Shown in pieces: positions 1 to 9,805 of a DNA stretch of 64,000 nucleotides. The stretch's first letter is position 1, and each line of letters opens with the position of its first letter. The notes beneath the pieces are model-generated. The model worked only from the letters and a program-made list of their open reading frames with translations, was not told where the DNA came from and ran no database searches. Origin of the DNA: Alphaproteobacteria bacterium (GTDB lineage: Bacteria > Pseudomonadota > Alphaproteobacteria > SP197); NCBI GenBank assembly GCA_965228895.1, contig OZ245842.1:4160001-4224000 (forward strand). Reading direction: 5' to 3'. The translations under genes and the position numbers were made by a program.

Positions 1-116
1 CTTTCGTCGATCTCGGCGGCGCGCGGCGCAAGCTTGTCCTGGGCCCAGCGATGGACGACATCGCGCAGGGCCTCGACCTCCTCACCCAACGCGAAACCCA
101 TGGAGGCGCGGAACAT
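1..116 (-). CDS. ivd: Isovaleryl-CoA dehydrogenase, 5' end only (runs off the left edge)
   Basis: Not in the ORF track. Manual translation from ATG 116 gives MFRASMGFALGEEVEALRDVVHRWAQDKLAPRAAEIDE, a typical alphaproteobacterial IVD N-terminus. GGGGAGG RBS upstream. Lies directly downstream of an acyl-CoA synthetase. Confidence 0.8.
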   Translation of the reverse strand, partial: MFRASMGFALGEEVEALRDVVHRWAQDKLAPRAAEIDE

Positions 117-184
117 GTCAGTCCTCCCCACCGGTCAGGCTGACATCGTCTCTACGGTGCATTGTCTCAGTCAGCGTCGCGGTC

Positions 185-1882
185 CTAAGCGGTCTTTTCT
201 TCAACGAGACCGAGCTCCTCGATCATCTTCTCGCGCATGATGAACTTTTGCGGCTTGCCGGTCACGGTCATCGGCAGGGCATCAACGAAGCGAATGATCC
301 TGGGGACCTTGAAGTGGGCGATCTGATCTCGACAAAACGCACGGATGTCGTCTTCCGTCGCGGTTTCGTCGGGCATCAGGATGATCCAGGCGCAGACTTC
401 CTCGCCGAGTTTGTGGTCGGGCACGCCGAAGACCTGAACCTGCTGGACCTTGGGGTGGCGATAGAGGAACTCCTCGATTTCACGCGGGTAGATGTTCTCG
501 CCACCGCGAATGATCATGTCCTTCACACGCCCGACGATGTTGCAATAACCCTCATCGTCGACCGTCGCCAAGTCGCCCGTGCGCATCCAGCCGTCTTCGA
601 CGATGGCTTCGCGTGTGCGCTCTTCGTCGTCCCAATAGCCTTTCATGACCGAATAGCCGTGCACCCAGAGCTCCCCGGGCTGGTTGAGCGGCAATGTTTT
701 GCCGGCCTCGTCGACGACCTTGACCTCGACATGGGGATGGGCCCGTCCCACCGTCGACACACGTTTCTCGATCGGGTCGTCGGTTGCGCTCTGCAGCGAA
801 ACCGGGCTGGTCTCCGTCATGCCATAGGCGATCGTCACCTCGCTCATGTGCATATCGGAGACGACCTTTTTCATGACCTCGATCGGGCATGGCGAGCCCG
901 CCATGATACCGGTTCTGAGCGACGACAGATCGAGATCGGGGAAACCCGGCGACTCGAGCATGGCGACGAACATGGTGGGCACGCCGTAAAGCCCGGTGCA
1001 TCGCTCTTCGGCAACCGCGGTCAGGGTCGATACGGGTTCGAAGGCCTCACCCGGGAACACCATGCACGCACCTTTGGTAACGCACCCCAGCGTGCCCATG
1101 ACCATGCCGAAGCAGTGATAGAGCGGCACCGGAATGCACAAGCGATCGGCCTCGGTGAACCGGATTGCCCGCGTCGTGAAGTGGGCGTTGTTCAAGATGT
1201 TGAAGTGGGTCAGCGTGGCGCCCTTGGGCGTGCCTGTCGTGCCGCTGGTGAACTGAATGTTGATGGGGTCGTCCGGCTTCAAGGACGCAGAGATCGCATC
1301 GAGCTCGCTTTTGTCCGCGGCTTGGCCCTGCGCCACCACATCATCGAAGTTCAGCATCCCGCGCGATGTCTCGTCGCCCATGCGCATGACGATCTTGAGC
1401 GCCGGCAGCTTTGCCGCGTTCAGCGCGCCGGGCTTGGCGTCGGCAAGTTCCGGCGCCAGCGTGTTCAGCATGCCCAGATAATCGGACGACTTGAACAGGG
1501 CGGCCGTCACCAGCGCCTTGCATCCGACCTTGTTGAGCGCGAACTCCAGCTCCGAAAGCCGGTAGGCTGGGTTGATGTTGACCAGGACCAGACCGATGCG
1601 CGCCGTCGCGAACTGGGTCAGCAGCCATTCGTAGCGGTTGGGTGACCAAACACCGATCCGGTCGCCCTTCTTAAGACCAAGGGCAAGAAGACCGGCGGCC
1701 AAATTGTCGATCTCTTCGGACAATTGGTTGTAGGTCAGCCGCCTGTCTTGTTCGCAGAAGACGGCTGCTTCGCGCTCGCCAAACCGGGCAACGGTGTCGG
1801 CGAACGCTTCAGGGATCGTCGCCTCGCGAAGCGGTTCGCTCGTATCGCCGGCAACACATGACATTCCGTCAAGCGGCATCAT
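185..1882 (-). CDS. AMP-binding acyl-CoA synthetase (FadD/ACSF2-like)
   Basis: 565 aa with [39 protein letters not shown] and TGKPQK motifs. Confidence 0.93.
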   Translation of the reverse strand: MMPLDGMSCVAGDTSEPLREATIPEAFADTVARFGEREAAVFCEQDRRLTYNQLSEEIDNLAAGLLALGLKKGDRIGVWSPNRYEWLLTQFATARIGLVLVNINPAYRLSELEFALNKVGCKALVTAALFKSSDYLGMLNTLAPELADAKPGALNAAKLPALKIVMRMGDETSRGMLNFDDVVAQGQAADKSELDAISASLKPDDPINIQFTSGTTGTPKGATLTHFNILNNAHFTTRAIRFTEADRLCIPVPLYHCFGMVMGTLGCVTKGACMVFPGEAFEPVSTLTAVAEERCTGLYGVPTMFVAMLESPGFPDLDLSSLRTGIMAGSPCPIEVMKKVVSDMHMSEVTIAYGMTETSPVSLQSATDDPIEKRVSTVGRAHPHVEVKVVDEAGKTLPLNQPGELWVHGYSVMKGYWDDEERTREAIVEDGWMRTGDLATVDDEGYCNIVGRVKDMIIRGGENIYPREIEEFLYRHPKVQQVQVFGVPDHKLGEEVCAWIILMPDETATEDDIRAFCRDQIAHFKVPRIIRFVDALPMTVTGKPQKFIMREKMIEELGLVEEKTA

Positions 1883-2006
1883 GCCTCAATCGACCTCCCC
1901 GCGCTCTTTCACCACGTCGCCCCGATCCGGCCAAGTATATAGGGCCGCCTAGCCATAAACCATCGCCCCGCCGGGTTCACAATCCCGTGGCAGACGAGGG
2001 CCGCGC

Positions 2007-2486
2007 TTAGGCCTCGCGGTAGTGTTTGGGCCGCCGCTTGACCGGGTCCAGCAATGACCAGTCCCCTTGCGGGACGTCGTAGCCTTGCGGGAAAGGTGGC
2101 CGTTCTTCGATGCCAAGCGCGGCCATCACGCGTTCGTCGCTGTAGTAGCACTGGACCGTGACGGCGGTGATAGCTTCGACGTGCTGCGACCCCGCTGCCG
2201 CAAAGCCGGCGGCGACATCGGCCCTCTGTTTGTCGTCGAGCGTCACAAAACTGGCGCCGTGGCTGTCCTGCGCCATCCTGTCGAGAACGGCCAGCGCGCC
2301 TGTTACGTGATCCTTGTCGGCCACCGCTGCCTCGGTGATTCGATCGAAAATGGCGGGATCGTCCGCACCGGGAACACCGTACCGATCGCTCGCCGGAATC
2401 ATCAGGCCGACGAGCGTAAGCAGCGACGCCTTTTGATCGTCCGACAGACTGTCACTGCTTTGATTCACGCTGCCACCGCCCGTCAT
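2007..2486 (-). CDS. Gluconate 2-dehydrogenase subunit 3-like protein (small partner subunit of a GMC oxidoreductase)
   Basis: 159 aa with MIPAS..YGVPGADD, FVTLDDKQR and YYSDERV..ALG pattern. A GMC gene lies upstream on the same strand. Confidence 0.65.
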   Translation of the reverse strand: MTGGGSVNQSSDSLSDDQKASLLTLVGLMIPASDRYGVPGADDPAIFDRITEAAVADKDHVTGALAVLDRMAQDSHGASFVTLDDKQRADVAAGFAAAGSQHVEAITAVTVQCYYSDERVMAALGIEERPPFPQGYDVPQGDWSLLDPVKRRPKHYREA

Positions 2487-2649
2487 GTTCCTGCACCACC
2501 GCGTTGCCGTTCTGCATCAACTCTAGCAGCTTCCCAGGCAGGTGAAACGAGAATGGCCAGGGCTTCGCCAACCCTGGCCATTCTTGCTCAACAGGTCCAA
2601 AGTCGCTGTGCCGGACCGGCAGCAACCGGCCCGATACAGCAAGACATCA

Positions 2650-4287
2650 TCAGCGTTTCAAGAACTCCAACTCGCGCTTGTCCTCCACATCAGGCGATGG
2701 GAAGTCATGCTGTAGCGTCTTGAAGACACCGAACGACATCATCAGCAAGATCACCGCAATCGGCAAACCAGCGACGATGGATGCCGTCTGTAGTGCGCTC
2801 AGACCGCCGGCCAGCAACAGCACACCGGCAACGACACCGGAGGTGATGCCCCAGAACAGCCGGAACTTGATCGGCGGATGTTCATCGCCCATGGACAGCA
2901 TGGTGCACATGACAAGCGTGCCGGAATCCGACGACGTCACGAACCACGATATCAACAGGATCGTCGTCAGAATGGTGATCGGCGTGACCAAGCTTGAAAC
3001 GCCAAACCCTTCGATGGTCTTGAACACACCGCTTGCGTAGTCCGCGTTGACCGCATCGACGACACCGGCGTTGTTGAACAGATCCACGCCAACGGCCGCG
3101 CCGCCGAACACGCCCATCCACAGAACGACGACCGAGGTCGGTATCAGCAGCACGCAGAAGCAGAACTGCCGGATCGTGCGTCCCTTGGAGATACGCGCGA
3201 TGAACAGACCGACAAACGGACACCAGGCGATCCACCAACCCCAATAGAAGATGGTCCACCAGCTCTGCCATTGACGGTCCTGTTCGTTGTCGATCCAGAA
3301 ACCCATCGGGATGACGTTCCAGATGTAGTCGCCGGCACCGGAGATCACCATGCCCAGAATAAAGGCGGTTGGTCCGAGGATCAGGAACAACAACAACAGC
3401 ACCAGGCTGGCCCAGACGTTGACCTCACTGAGGATGCGAACGCCCTTGCCGACTCCGGAGACAGCCGAGGCCGTGCCCAGGATGGTGATACCGCCGATCA
3501 GGACGAGGTGGTTGGCCGTGGTGTTCGACATCCAACCGAGATCGGCCAGACCGGCCGCGATCGGCGCCACACCCAGACCCAGCGATGTCGCCAGACCGAA
3601 AATGGTGCCGAACACGCCTATCAGGTCGACCACATGACCCCACGGACCGTAGATCCGGTGTTTGAGAACCGGGTACAAGGCCGAGCGCAGCGATAACGGC
3701 AGACCCTTACGGTAGGAGAAATAGGCCAAGCACAAACCGACGAGCACGTAGAGCGCCCAACCGTGCAAACCCCAGTGGAAATTGGTGATGCGGATGGCAA
3801 CGCCAGCCGCTTCCACGCCGCCCGGCTCGATTCCTTCGCGTGTCAGAAAGGGGTTGCCCTGGATGTGGTACATCGGTTCAGCGACACCCCAGTAGATCAG
3901 GCCGGAACCCAGGCCCGCGCTGAACAGCATGCAGATCCACGAGAATGTCGAGAAGTCCGGTTCATCGTCGTCCTTGCCCAGTTTGACGGAGCCGAACCGG
4001 CTCATGAGCAAGTACAAGATGAACAGAAGCGTCACCGTCACGACCAGCACGTAGAACCAGCCGAGCGTGCCGATGATGAAGTCTTTGCCTTCGGCGAAGA
4101 TGGCACCGGAATAGTCGACGTCCCAGATGGTGAACACCACGAACGCGATGATCATCACCATCGATGCGACCGCCATGATGGCGTTCGATCCGGCAAAGAA
4201 ACCGGACTTCGCGACCAAGCCTTCCGGCGGCAGATGAACGTCGTCGTCCATCGGCGCTTGCGGCGGTGCGCCAGTTCCATCACTCAT
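2650..4287 (-). CDS. BCCT family (betaine/carnitine/choline) transporter
   Basis: 545 aa, multi-TM, with WICMLFSAGLG, FHWGLHGWALY, WTIFYWGWWIAWCPFVGLFIARISKGRTIRQF and FVTSSDSG motifs. Confidence 0.95.
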   Translation of the reverse strand: MSDGTGAPPQAPMDDDVHLPPEGLVAKSGFFAGSNAIMAVASMVMIIAFVVFTIWDVDYSGAIFAEGKDFIIGTLGWFYVLVVTVTLLFILYLLMSRFGSVKLGKDDDEPDFSTFSWICMLFSAGLGSGLIYWGVAEPMYHIQGNPFLTREGIEPGGVEAAGVAIRITNFHWGLHGWALYVLVGLCLAYFSYRKGLPLSLRSALYPVLKHRIYGPWGHVVDLIGVFGTIFGLATSLGLGVAPIAAGLADLGWMSNTTANHLVLIGGITILGTASAVSGVGKGVRILSEVNVWASLVLLLLFLILGPTAFILGMVISGAGDYIWNVIPMGFWIDNEQDRQWQSWWTIFYWGWWIAWCPFVGLFIARISKGRTIRQFCFCVLLIPTSVVVLWMGVFGGAAVGVDLFNNAGVVDAVNADYASGVFKTIEGFGVSSLVTPITILTTILLISWFVTSSDSGTLVMCTMLSMGDEHPPIKFRLFWGITSGVVAGVLLLAGGLSALQTASIVAGLPIAVILLMMSFGVFKTLQHDFPSPDVEDKRELEFLKR

Positions 4288-4320
4288 TGTTCTTACTCCC
4301 CCTAGAAATCCCCATGTTGC

Positions 4321-5517
4321 TCATCGCACCGTTCCCGAAGCGCCTTCCCTGACCGAACCGGCGATCCAGGCGTCGAACGCGTCTTCCAGGACCTGCTCGT
4401 GTTCGGCCCACCACTCGGCGTCCGACATGATCGAGACCTTCTCCTCATAGGCAGGTCCGTTTGGCAGCTGTGCGAGAATGTCCTCTGACAGCAGACCCAG
4501 CGACGACTTGCGCGTCGGTCCGTTGGGCAGATAGCTCACCATGTCGGCCAGCGATTGTGAGCTGCTGGCAAAACGAATGAAGTCGATGGCTTCTTCCTTG
4601 TACCGGCTGCCCTTGGGGATACCGAACAGGTCGAGCTCGATGACCCGTCCGTCCCACTCGACGGTGAACTTGGCGCCTTCCTTACGTGATGCGGTAGCGC
4701 CCGTCGTCGCCCAGACCGACGACATGACGACCTCGCCGGCGTTCAGCAGACGCACCGGCTCCAAGCCGTCTTCCCACAGCATCAGGCCCGGCTTGATTGC
4801 GTCCATCTTGGCCAGTGCGCGCTCGATGCCTTCCGGTGTTGCCAGAACGCTATAGACGTCCGCCTCGGCGACACCGTCGGCAATCAATGCCCATTCCATA
4901 ACCACCGTCGGATCGTTGCGGATCGCACGGGGGCCGGGATAGGTGTCGACGTCGAAGAAATCCTGGACCGAGCTTGGCGGATTATCACCAAAGGCATCGT
5001 TGCTGTAGGCGTATACCGTCGCCCAGATGATGACGCCGATGCCGCAACGGTTGAGCGCGCCGTCGACGAAATCATCGCGGAAGTTCGTGCCGTCAATGCC
5101 ATCGGGAAGATCGACATCGGAGAGGTCCTCCAGCAGACCTTCCTCGCAAGCGCGCAGCGAGTCAGCTTGGGTCAAATCAACAACGTCCCAGATGACATTC
5201 GCCGATTCCACCTGATCACGAATTTCTTCGAGATCACCGGCATAGTGCTCAACATTGACTCGCCCGCCGATCATTTCTTCATAGGGCCGAACAAAGCCGA
5301 GCATCTGGCTGCGCATGTAAGGGCCGGTCCACGTCGTGAAGGTGATTTCGTTCCGTGGATTGGCCGGCGAGGCCGTCGCTTGCTGGAGTTGCGTCGAAAA
5401 CTCGGCATCAGGATTTTCGTCATCCTGCGCGAGCGCGCCGGTGTAGATCAGCACCGAACCCAGGAAAACGGCTGCGGCGAACCTGCCGCACACGTTTCTT
5501 AGTCGGTTTTTGTTCAT
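4321..5517 (-). CDS. Extracellular solute-binding protein, polyamine/PotD-PotF-like
   Basis: Start moved to ATG 5517 (AGGGGAG RBS, signal peptide ending ALA-Q). Contains QVESANVIWDVV, CEEGLLE and DFFDVDTYPGPR motifs. Confidence 0.85.
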   Translation of the reverse strand: MNKNRLRNVCGRFAAAVFLGSVLIYTGALAQDDENPDAEFSTQLQQATASPANPRNEITFTTWTGPYMRSQMLGFVRPYEEMIGGRVNVEHYAGDLEEIRDQVESANVIWDVVDLTQADSLRACEEGLLEDLSDVDLPDGIDGTNFRDDFVDGALNRCGIGVIIWATVYAYSNDAFGDNPPSSVQDFFDVDTYPGPRAIRNDPTVVMEWALIADGVAEADVYSVLATPEGIERALAKMDAIKPGLMLWEDGLEPVRLLNAGEVVMSSVWATTGATASRKEGAKFTVEWDGRVIELDLFGIPKGSRYKEEAIDFIRFASSSQSLADMVSYLPNGPTRKSSLGLLSEDILAQLPNGPAYEEKVSIMSDAEWWAEHEQVLEDAFDAWIAGSVREGASGTVR

Positions 5518-5924
5518 CTTGTGCTCCCCTGTCACTTCCCAAACGGCGAAGCCTAGCCAACACCCACCAAATGGATGCGCAAACACCAAACCTATGCGCT
5601 CTCTACGATAAGAATCCGCGGAAACTGCGGATTTGAGAGCTATCTATGGCGATGTTTCGGTGCCCGCGCCCTTGGTGAGCGTTCGATTGGCCGCCTTCCC
5701 CACAATCAGCACGTACAACAATGCACCCCCTCGAACTTCTTTGAAACACCCGGATTCCGTTCAAGAAAACGACATGCAATTCGTGCCCTCGTCATCGATA
5801 GACGCGTGAGAATACGGTGAATTCCTAGGGAAACTGCGCTTAAGAGACGACAGATACAGCCCTGGCGGGACCTCGCGTGCCTCGATTGCGCGCAAACGTC
5901 ATTGGGCGCGGTGATGAAGCCGCA

Positions 5925-7526
5925 TCAATCGAACAGAGTCGCCAATCGCTGCTTCACGGAATCGGCGATATAGAGCGCCAGAGCCTGGATCGTTCGCGTC
6001 GGGTTAACACCGGCAGAGGTAACGAAGATGCTGCCGTCGATGATGAAGAGGTTTTTGACGTCGTGGCAGCGGCCCCATTCGTTGACCACCGAGGTCGCGG
6101 GGTCAGCACCCATGCGCGCCGTCCCCATCAGATGCCAACCGGCATAGGAGATCGGTGATTCGTAGATGATGTCCTTGGCACCGGCGGCGCGCAGCGCTTC
6201 GCTGGCGCGCGCCATCGCAAAGTCCAGCATCGTCGTGCTGTTGTCGCTGAGCGTGTAGCTGATCTTGGGCGCGGGAACGCCGTTCGAGTCTGTCATTACC
6301 GGATCAAGCGTGACGGCGTTGTGCTCTTCCGGCAGGTCCTCGCAAATGGCGAAGATCGGCACGATGCGGTTGAAGAGTTCCCTATAAGCGCGGTGATGGC
6401 CCTCACCCCAGGGAATCCGCCCGGCCTGCATGCCAGTCAGCGCTGTACTGATGGGGGTTACGCCGCGGCAGCATTCGAACGTGAAACCGCGGACAAAGCC
6501 TCGGTCACTATCGGTTTCGTAGAACTCCTGGCTTAAGACACAATTATGTGGACCTTTGTAACCGTCGAACGGCTGATCGAAGACGCCCTGGATCAAGGCG
6601 TAGGGGTGAAACATGAAGTTCTTGCCGACCAGGCCGCTGCTGTTGGCTAGGCCATCGGGGAACTGGGCGGATGTCGAGTTTAACAGGATGCGGGGCGTGC
6701 CCACGCCGTTGCAGGCCATCACCACGACCTCCGCCTTCTGTTCGTGCTCAACGCCGTCGGCGTCATAGTAGATGACGCCGGTCGCCATGCCTTCGTCGTT
6801 CACCGTGACCTCGCGCACGCGCGCGCGCGTTCTGACCTCGACCTTGCCGCGCACCGCATCGGGCCAATAGGTGATGTCCGTGCTCGCCTTCGCGCCCTGG
6901 GCGCAGCCGCTGCCGCACGCACCCAGGTTCACGCATTTGTCGCGCCCGTTGTAGGGCTGGCTGGCGACGGCGCTGTCGGACGGCCACCAGTGCCAGTCCA
7001 TGGCGTTGAAAGCCCGCGCCAGCACCTCACCGGACTTACCCAGTGGCAGCGGCGGCATGACTGGGAACTTATCGGGATTGGCGGGGTCACCGGCCAGACC
7101 GGAGACGCCCGTCATGCGCTCGTCGACCTGATAAAACGGCTCAAGCGTTGCATAATCGATCGGCCAATCGTCGGCCACGCCATCAAGCGATTTGACCCGG
7201 AAGTCGGAGGGGTGGAAGCGCGGATAATGGCCGGAATAAAGGATCGTCCCGCCGCCGACGCCGTTAAAGTTGGCGACGGCTATGGGCGAGTCGTCATCAT
7301 TGATCGGATAGTCAGTGTCGCGCTTGCGCACGTTGGGATCGATGCTGAAATCGCCGTGGGTGCGGGCCTCCCAGTCACGGCCCGTGCTGGGGTAGGCGCC
7401 CGAGTTCATCCAGTCGCCCTGCTCCAGGCAGACGATGCGCATGCGCGTTTCGACGAGGCTCCAGGCAAACGCCGCGGCCGACGCGCCCGCGCCAACGATC
7501 AACACATCAACCGTCTCGTCTGTCAT
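5925..7526 (-). CDS. GMC family FAD-dependent oxidoreductase, large subunit
   Basis: DVLIVGAGASA FAD motif, GVGGGT, Cys cluster CVNLGACGSGC, and C-terminal HLMGTARMG...NPTRTIQALA. Confidence 0.92.
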   Translation of the reverse strand: MTDETVDVLIVGAGASAAAFAWSLVETRMRIVCLEQGDWMNSGAYPSTGRDWEARTHGDFSIDPNVRKRDTDYPINDDDSPIAVANFNGVGGGTILYSGHYPRFHPSDFRVKSLDGVADDWPIDYATLEPFYQVDERMTGVSGLAGDPANPDKFPVMPPLPLGKSGEVLARAFNAMDWHWWPSDSAVASQPYNGRDKCVNLGACGSGCAQGAKASTDITYWPDAVRGKVEVRTRARVREVTVNDEGMATGVIYYDADGVEHEQKAEVVVMACNGVGTPRILLNSTSAQFPDGLANSSGLVGKNFMFHPYALIQGVFDQPFDGYKGPHNCVLSQEFYETDSDRGFVRGFTFECCRGVTPISTALTGMQAGRIPWGEGHHRAYRELFNRIVPIFAICEDLPEEHNAVTLDPVMTDSNGVPAPKISYTLSDNSTTMLDFAMARASEALRAAGAKDIIYESPISYAGWHLMGTARMGADPATSVVNEWGRCHDVKNLFIIDGSIFVTSAGVNPTRTIQALALYIADSVKQRLATLFD

Positions 7527-7663
7527 CGAGATTCCCGCGCCGCCCTTGGACCCACACGCAGTCTATCCGACCGCCATCTAATCGCCATCCTGCAGGGCTA
7601 GTTACTACACGAGCTGCATCTCAGGGAACCAGGTCCCATTGCGTTGGCCACCATCGCTAACGC

Positions 7664-8407
7664 ATGGGCCGCTGTTCTGCGTGGGGTGAGTGCGTGGGTG
7701 TCCGAAGCAAGTGGCGTAACGGAAGAGGTGGGAGAGACCGGCGTCCCAGTTCGTGGCAAAATCGTCCACTGGTACTGACCTGGGCCCTTTTGGCCGTCCT
7801 GATCGCCTCCTGTTCGGACCTGCGCGAAACCGAGCCAGGCCGCACGGCGAGCGAGCAATTGCTGTTCTCAACCGCCATCGAGCGCGTCTTCGACAACCTG
7901 GCGATCCAGATCCCATCGGACAGCAAGGTGTTCGTCGATGCCCGATATGTCCAAGGCACCGACAGCCTGTATCTGGTAGCGACCCTGCGTGATCGTATCC
8001 TGCGGCAAGGCGGCAATCTCGTGACGATCCGAAGCGAGGCCGATCTCGTCTTCGAGCCGCGCGTCGGCGCGCTTTCCATCGATCGCCGGACGACCCTCGT
8101 CGGCATTCCCAGTTTCCCGATTCCGATCCCATTGACCGGCGAGTTCGAGTTTCCCGAACTCGCGCTCTTCAAGGAAGACCGACAGCAGGGCGTCGTAAAA
8201 CTGGCGCTGACCAGCTACGACGCACAAACCGGCGAACTGCGCAGCTCGCTCGCCCCGGCCTATGGGTTCTCGCAAAGCACCGACTGGGTCGTGCTGCTGC
8301 TGTTCGACTGGCACGACAACGACCTCATGCCGTCGCCGCAGAACGACGAGTGGGTCGGCGAAAGTTCCTTCGAGGAAACGATCGCCGACTTTGACGTTAG
8401 TCCTTAG
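7664..8407 (+). CDS. Conserved hypothetical lipoprotein (DUF6655-like); start uncertain
   Basis: Lipobox LIASC followed by ETEPGRTASEQLLFSTAIE. Stop codon overlaps the convergent narI stop. Confidence 0.6.
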   Translation: MGRCSAWGECVGVRSKWRNGRGGRDRRPSSWQNRPLVLTWALLAVLIASCSDLRETEPGRTASEQLLFSTAIERVFDNLAIQIPSDSKVFVDARYVQGTDSLYLVATLRDRILRQGGNLVTIRSEADLVFEPRVGALSIDRRTTLVGIPSFPIPIPLTGEFEFPELALFKEDRQQGVVKLALTSYDAQTGELRSSLAPAYGFSQSTDWVVLLLFDWHDNDLMPSPQNDEWVGESSFEETIADFDVSP

Positions 8408-9096
8408 GCCGGGCGCCGGCTGCGCACGATTTGATAGCCGGGCCGCCAGATATAGCGCAGCGGCGCGCTCAACATGTGCACCAGGCGGGTGAACGGGAAG
8501 ACCAGCAGGATTGTCATGCCGACAAACAGGTGCAGCTTGAAGACCCAATGGACGTTCGCCACATAGCTGGCTGCGTCCGCCTGGAACGTGAAGATGCCCT
8601 GGGCCCAGGTCATGAACTTGACCATCTCGTCGCCGTCCAGATGCTGCAGCGACACGAAGATTGTGGCGAGCCCGATCAGAAGCTGCAGGTAGAGCAGCAA
8701 CAGGATTGCGATGTCGCTGAAGCTCGACGTGCGCCGGATGCGCGGATCGAACAAGCGCCGATGGATCAGCATGGCACCGCCGACCAGCATCACCAGGCCG
8801 GCCAGGCCGCCGACGACAATCGCCATCATCTGCTTGAAGCCGTGGCCGATGCCGAGCGCATCGAAGATCTCGATCGGCACCAGGAGGCCGAACAGGTGGC
8901 CGAAAAAGATGACGAGGATGCCAATGTGGAACAGCACGGAGCCCCACATCAACTGGCGCCGCCGCAGCAATTGGCTGGATCCCGACCGCCACGTATAGGG
9001 CTCGCGGTCGTAACGCACGATGGACCCGATGATCAGCACGGTCAGCGCGATATAGGGATAGATCCCGAAGACAAGGGTGTTGAGGGTATCGGTCAT
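8404..9096 (-). CDS. narI: Respiratory nitrate reductase gamma subunit (cytochrome b)
   Basis: FGIYPYIAL, RYDREPYTWRSGSSQLL, heme-ligand His motifs FHIGIL/FFGH/HLFVG/LVH. Last gene of the nar operon. Confidence 0.97.
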   Translation of the reverse strand: MTDTLNTLVFGIYPYIALTVLIIGSIVRYDREPYTWRSGSSQLLRRRQLMWGSVLFHIGILVIFFGHLFGLLVPIEIFDALGIGHGFKQMMAIVVGGLAGLVMLVGGAMLIHRRLFDPRIRRTSSFSDIAILLLLYLQLLIGLATIFVSLQHLDGDEMVKFMTWAQGIFTFQADAASYVANVHWVFKLHLFVGMTILLVFPFTRLVHMLSAPLRYIWRPGYQIVRSRRPA

Positions 9097-9100
9097 CGCC

Positions 9101-9805
9101 TTACGCTCCTTCCGCCGGATCGGGTGCCGGTCGATTGGCCGCCCTGATGCGTGTTCTCAGCCGGTCGGGGCCGCAACCACCTTCGTCGCCGCCGCCGAAG
9201 GTCACGGCCTCCTCCTCCCAGATACGATCGAGATCCTCGAAGTCGTTGGGATCGTGTTCCGGCTGGGCCATCAGCGCGGCGACCTCGTCGGCCGCGGGTT
9301 TGTGCTTGGCAATGGACTCCAGGGCGCGAAACACACCGGCATAGGCGCACTTGCGTTTGGCCAACCGTTCACCCACCGCGACGATGATGTGGAGCGGCTG
9401 GCGCAGAACCTCCCTGGCGTCGTCGAGCGGCAGCGTGCTCAAGAACTCCAGGAACAGCGGCAGGAAGTCCGGCAGTTCACGCGCGTCGATCGTCAGACCG
9501 CGTTCCTCGTACATCGCCATCAAGTCGACCATGGCCTGGCCGCGGTCGCGGCTCTCGCCATGGACATGCTCGAAGAGATGCAACGAGAGGGTCCGCGTAC
9601 GATCGAACAGCAGGACGTAGCGTTCCTGCATGTCGAGTAGATCGCCACCGGCAAGCTCGTCGATCAGGTCGTTGACCGCGCGGATTTCCCGTCGACCCAA
9701 CAACGCCTCGTCGGCCAGGACCGCTTTCATGTCATCAGCGGCCTCGCAGATCTCGCGCGTCGGATAGGTCAACAGAAGCGACAGCACCTTGAAGGTCTGG
9801 CTCAT
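9101..9805 (-). CDS. narJ: Nitrate reductase Mo-cofactor assembly chaperone
   Basis: SLHLFEHVHGESRDRGQAM and ELPDFLPLFLEF motifs. ATG 9805 overlaps the narH stop (ATGA). Confidence 0.95.
   Translation of the reverse strand: MSQTFKVLSLLLTYPTREICEAADDMKAVLADEALLGRREIRAVNDLIDELAGGDLLDMQERYVLLFDRTRTLSLHLFEHVHGESRDRGQAMVDLMAMYEERGLTIDARELPDFLPLFLEFLSTLPLDDAREVLRQPLHIIVAVGERLAKRKCAYAGVFRALESIAKHKPAADEVAALMAQPEHDPNDFEDLDRIWEEEAVTFGGGDEGGCGPDRLRTRIRAANRPAPDPAEGA

Noticed and set aside
5605-5850. Hairpin AATCCGCGG-AAA-CTGCGGATT and a second GGAAACTGCG copy, considered as a riboswitch
   Set aside because: Conserved cobalamin, glycine or TPP riboswitch elements are not present in the right order. An Rfam scan would be needed.
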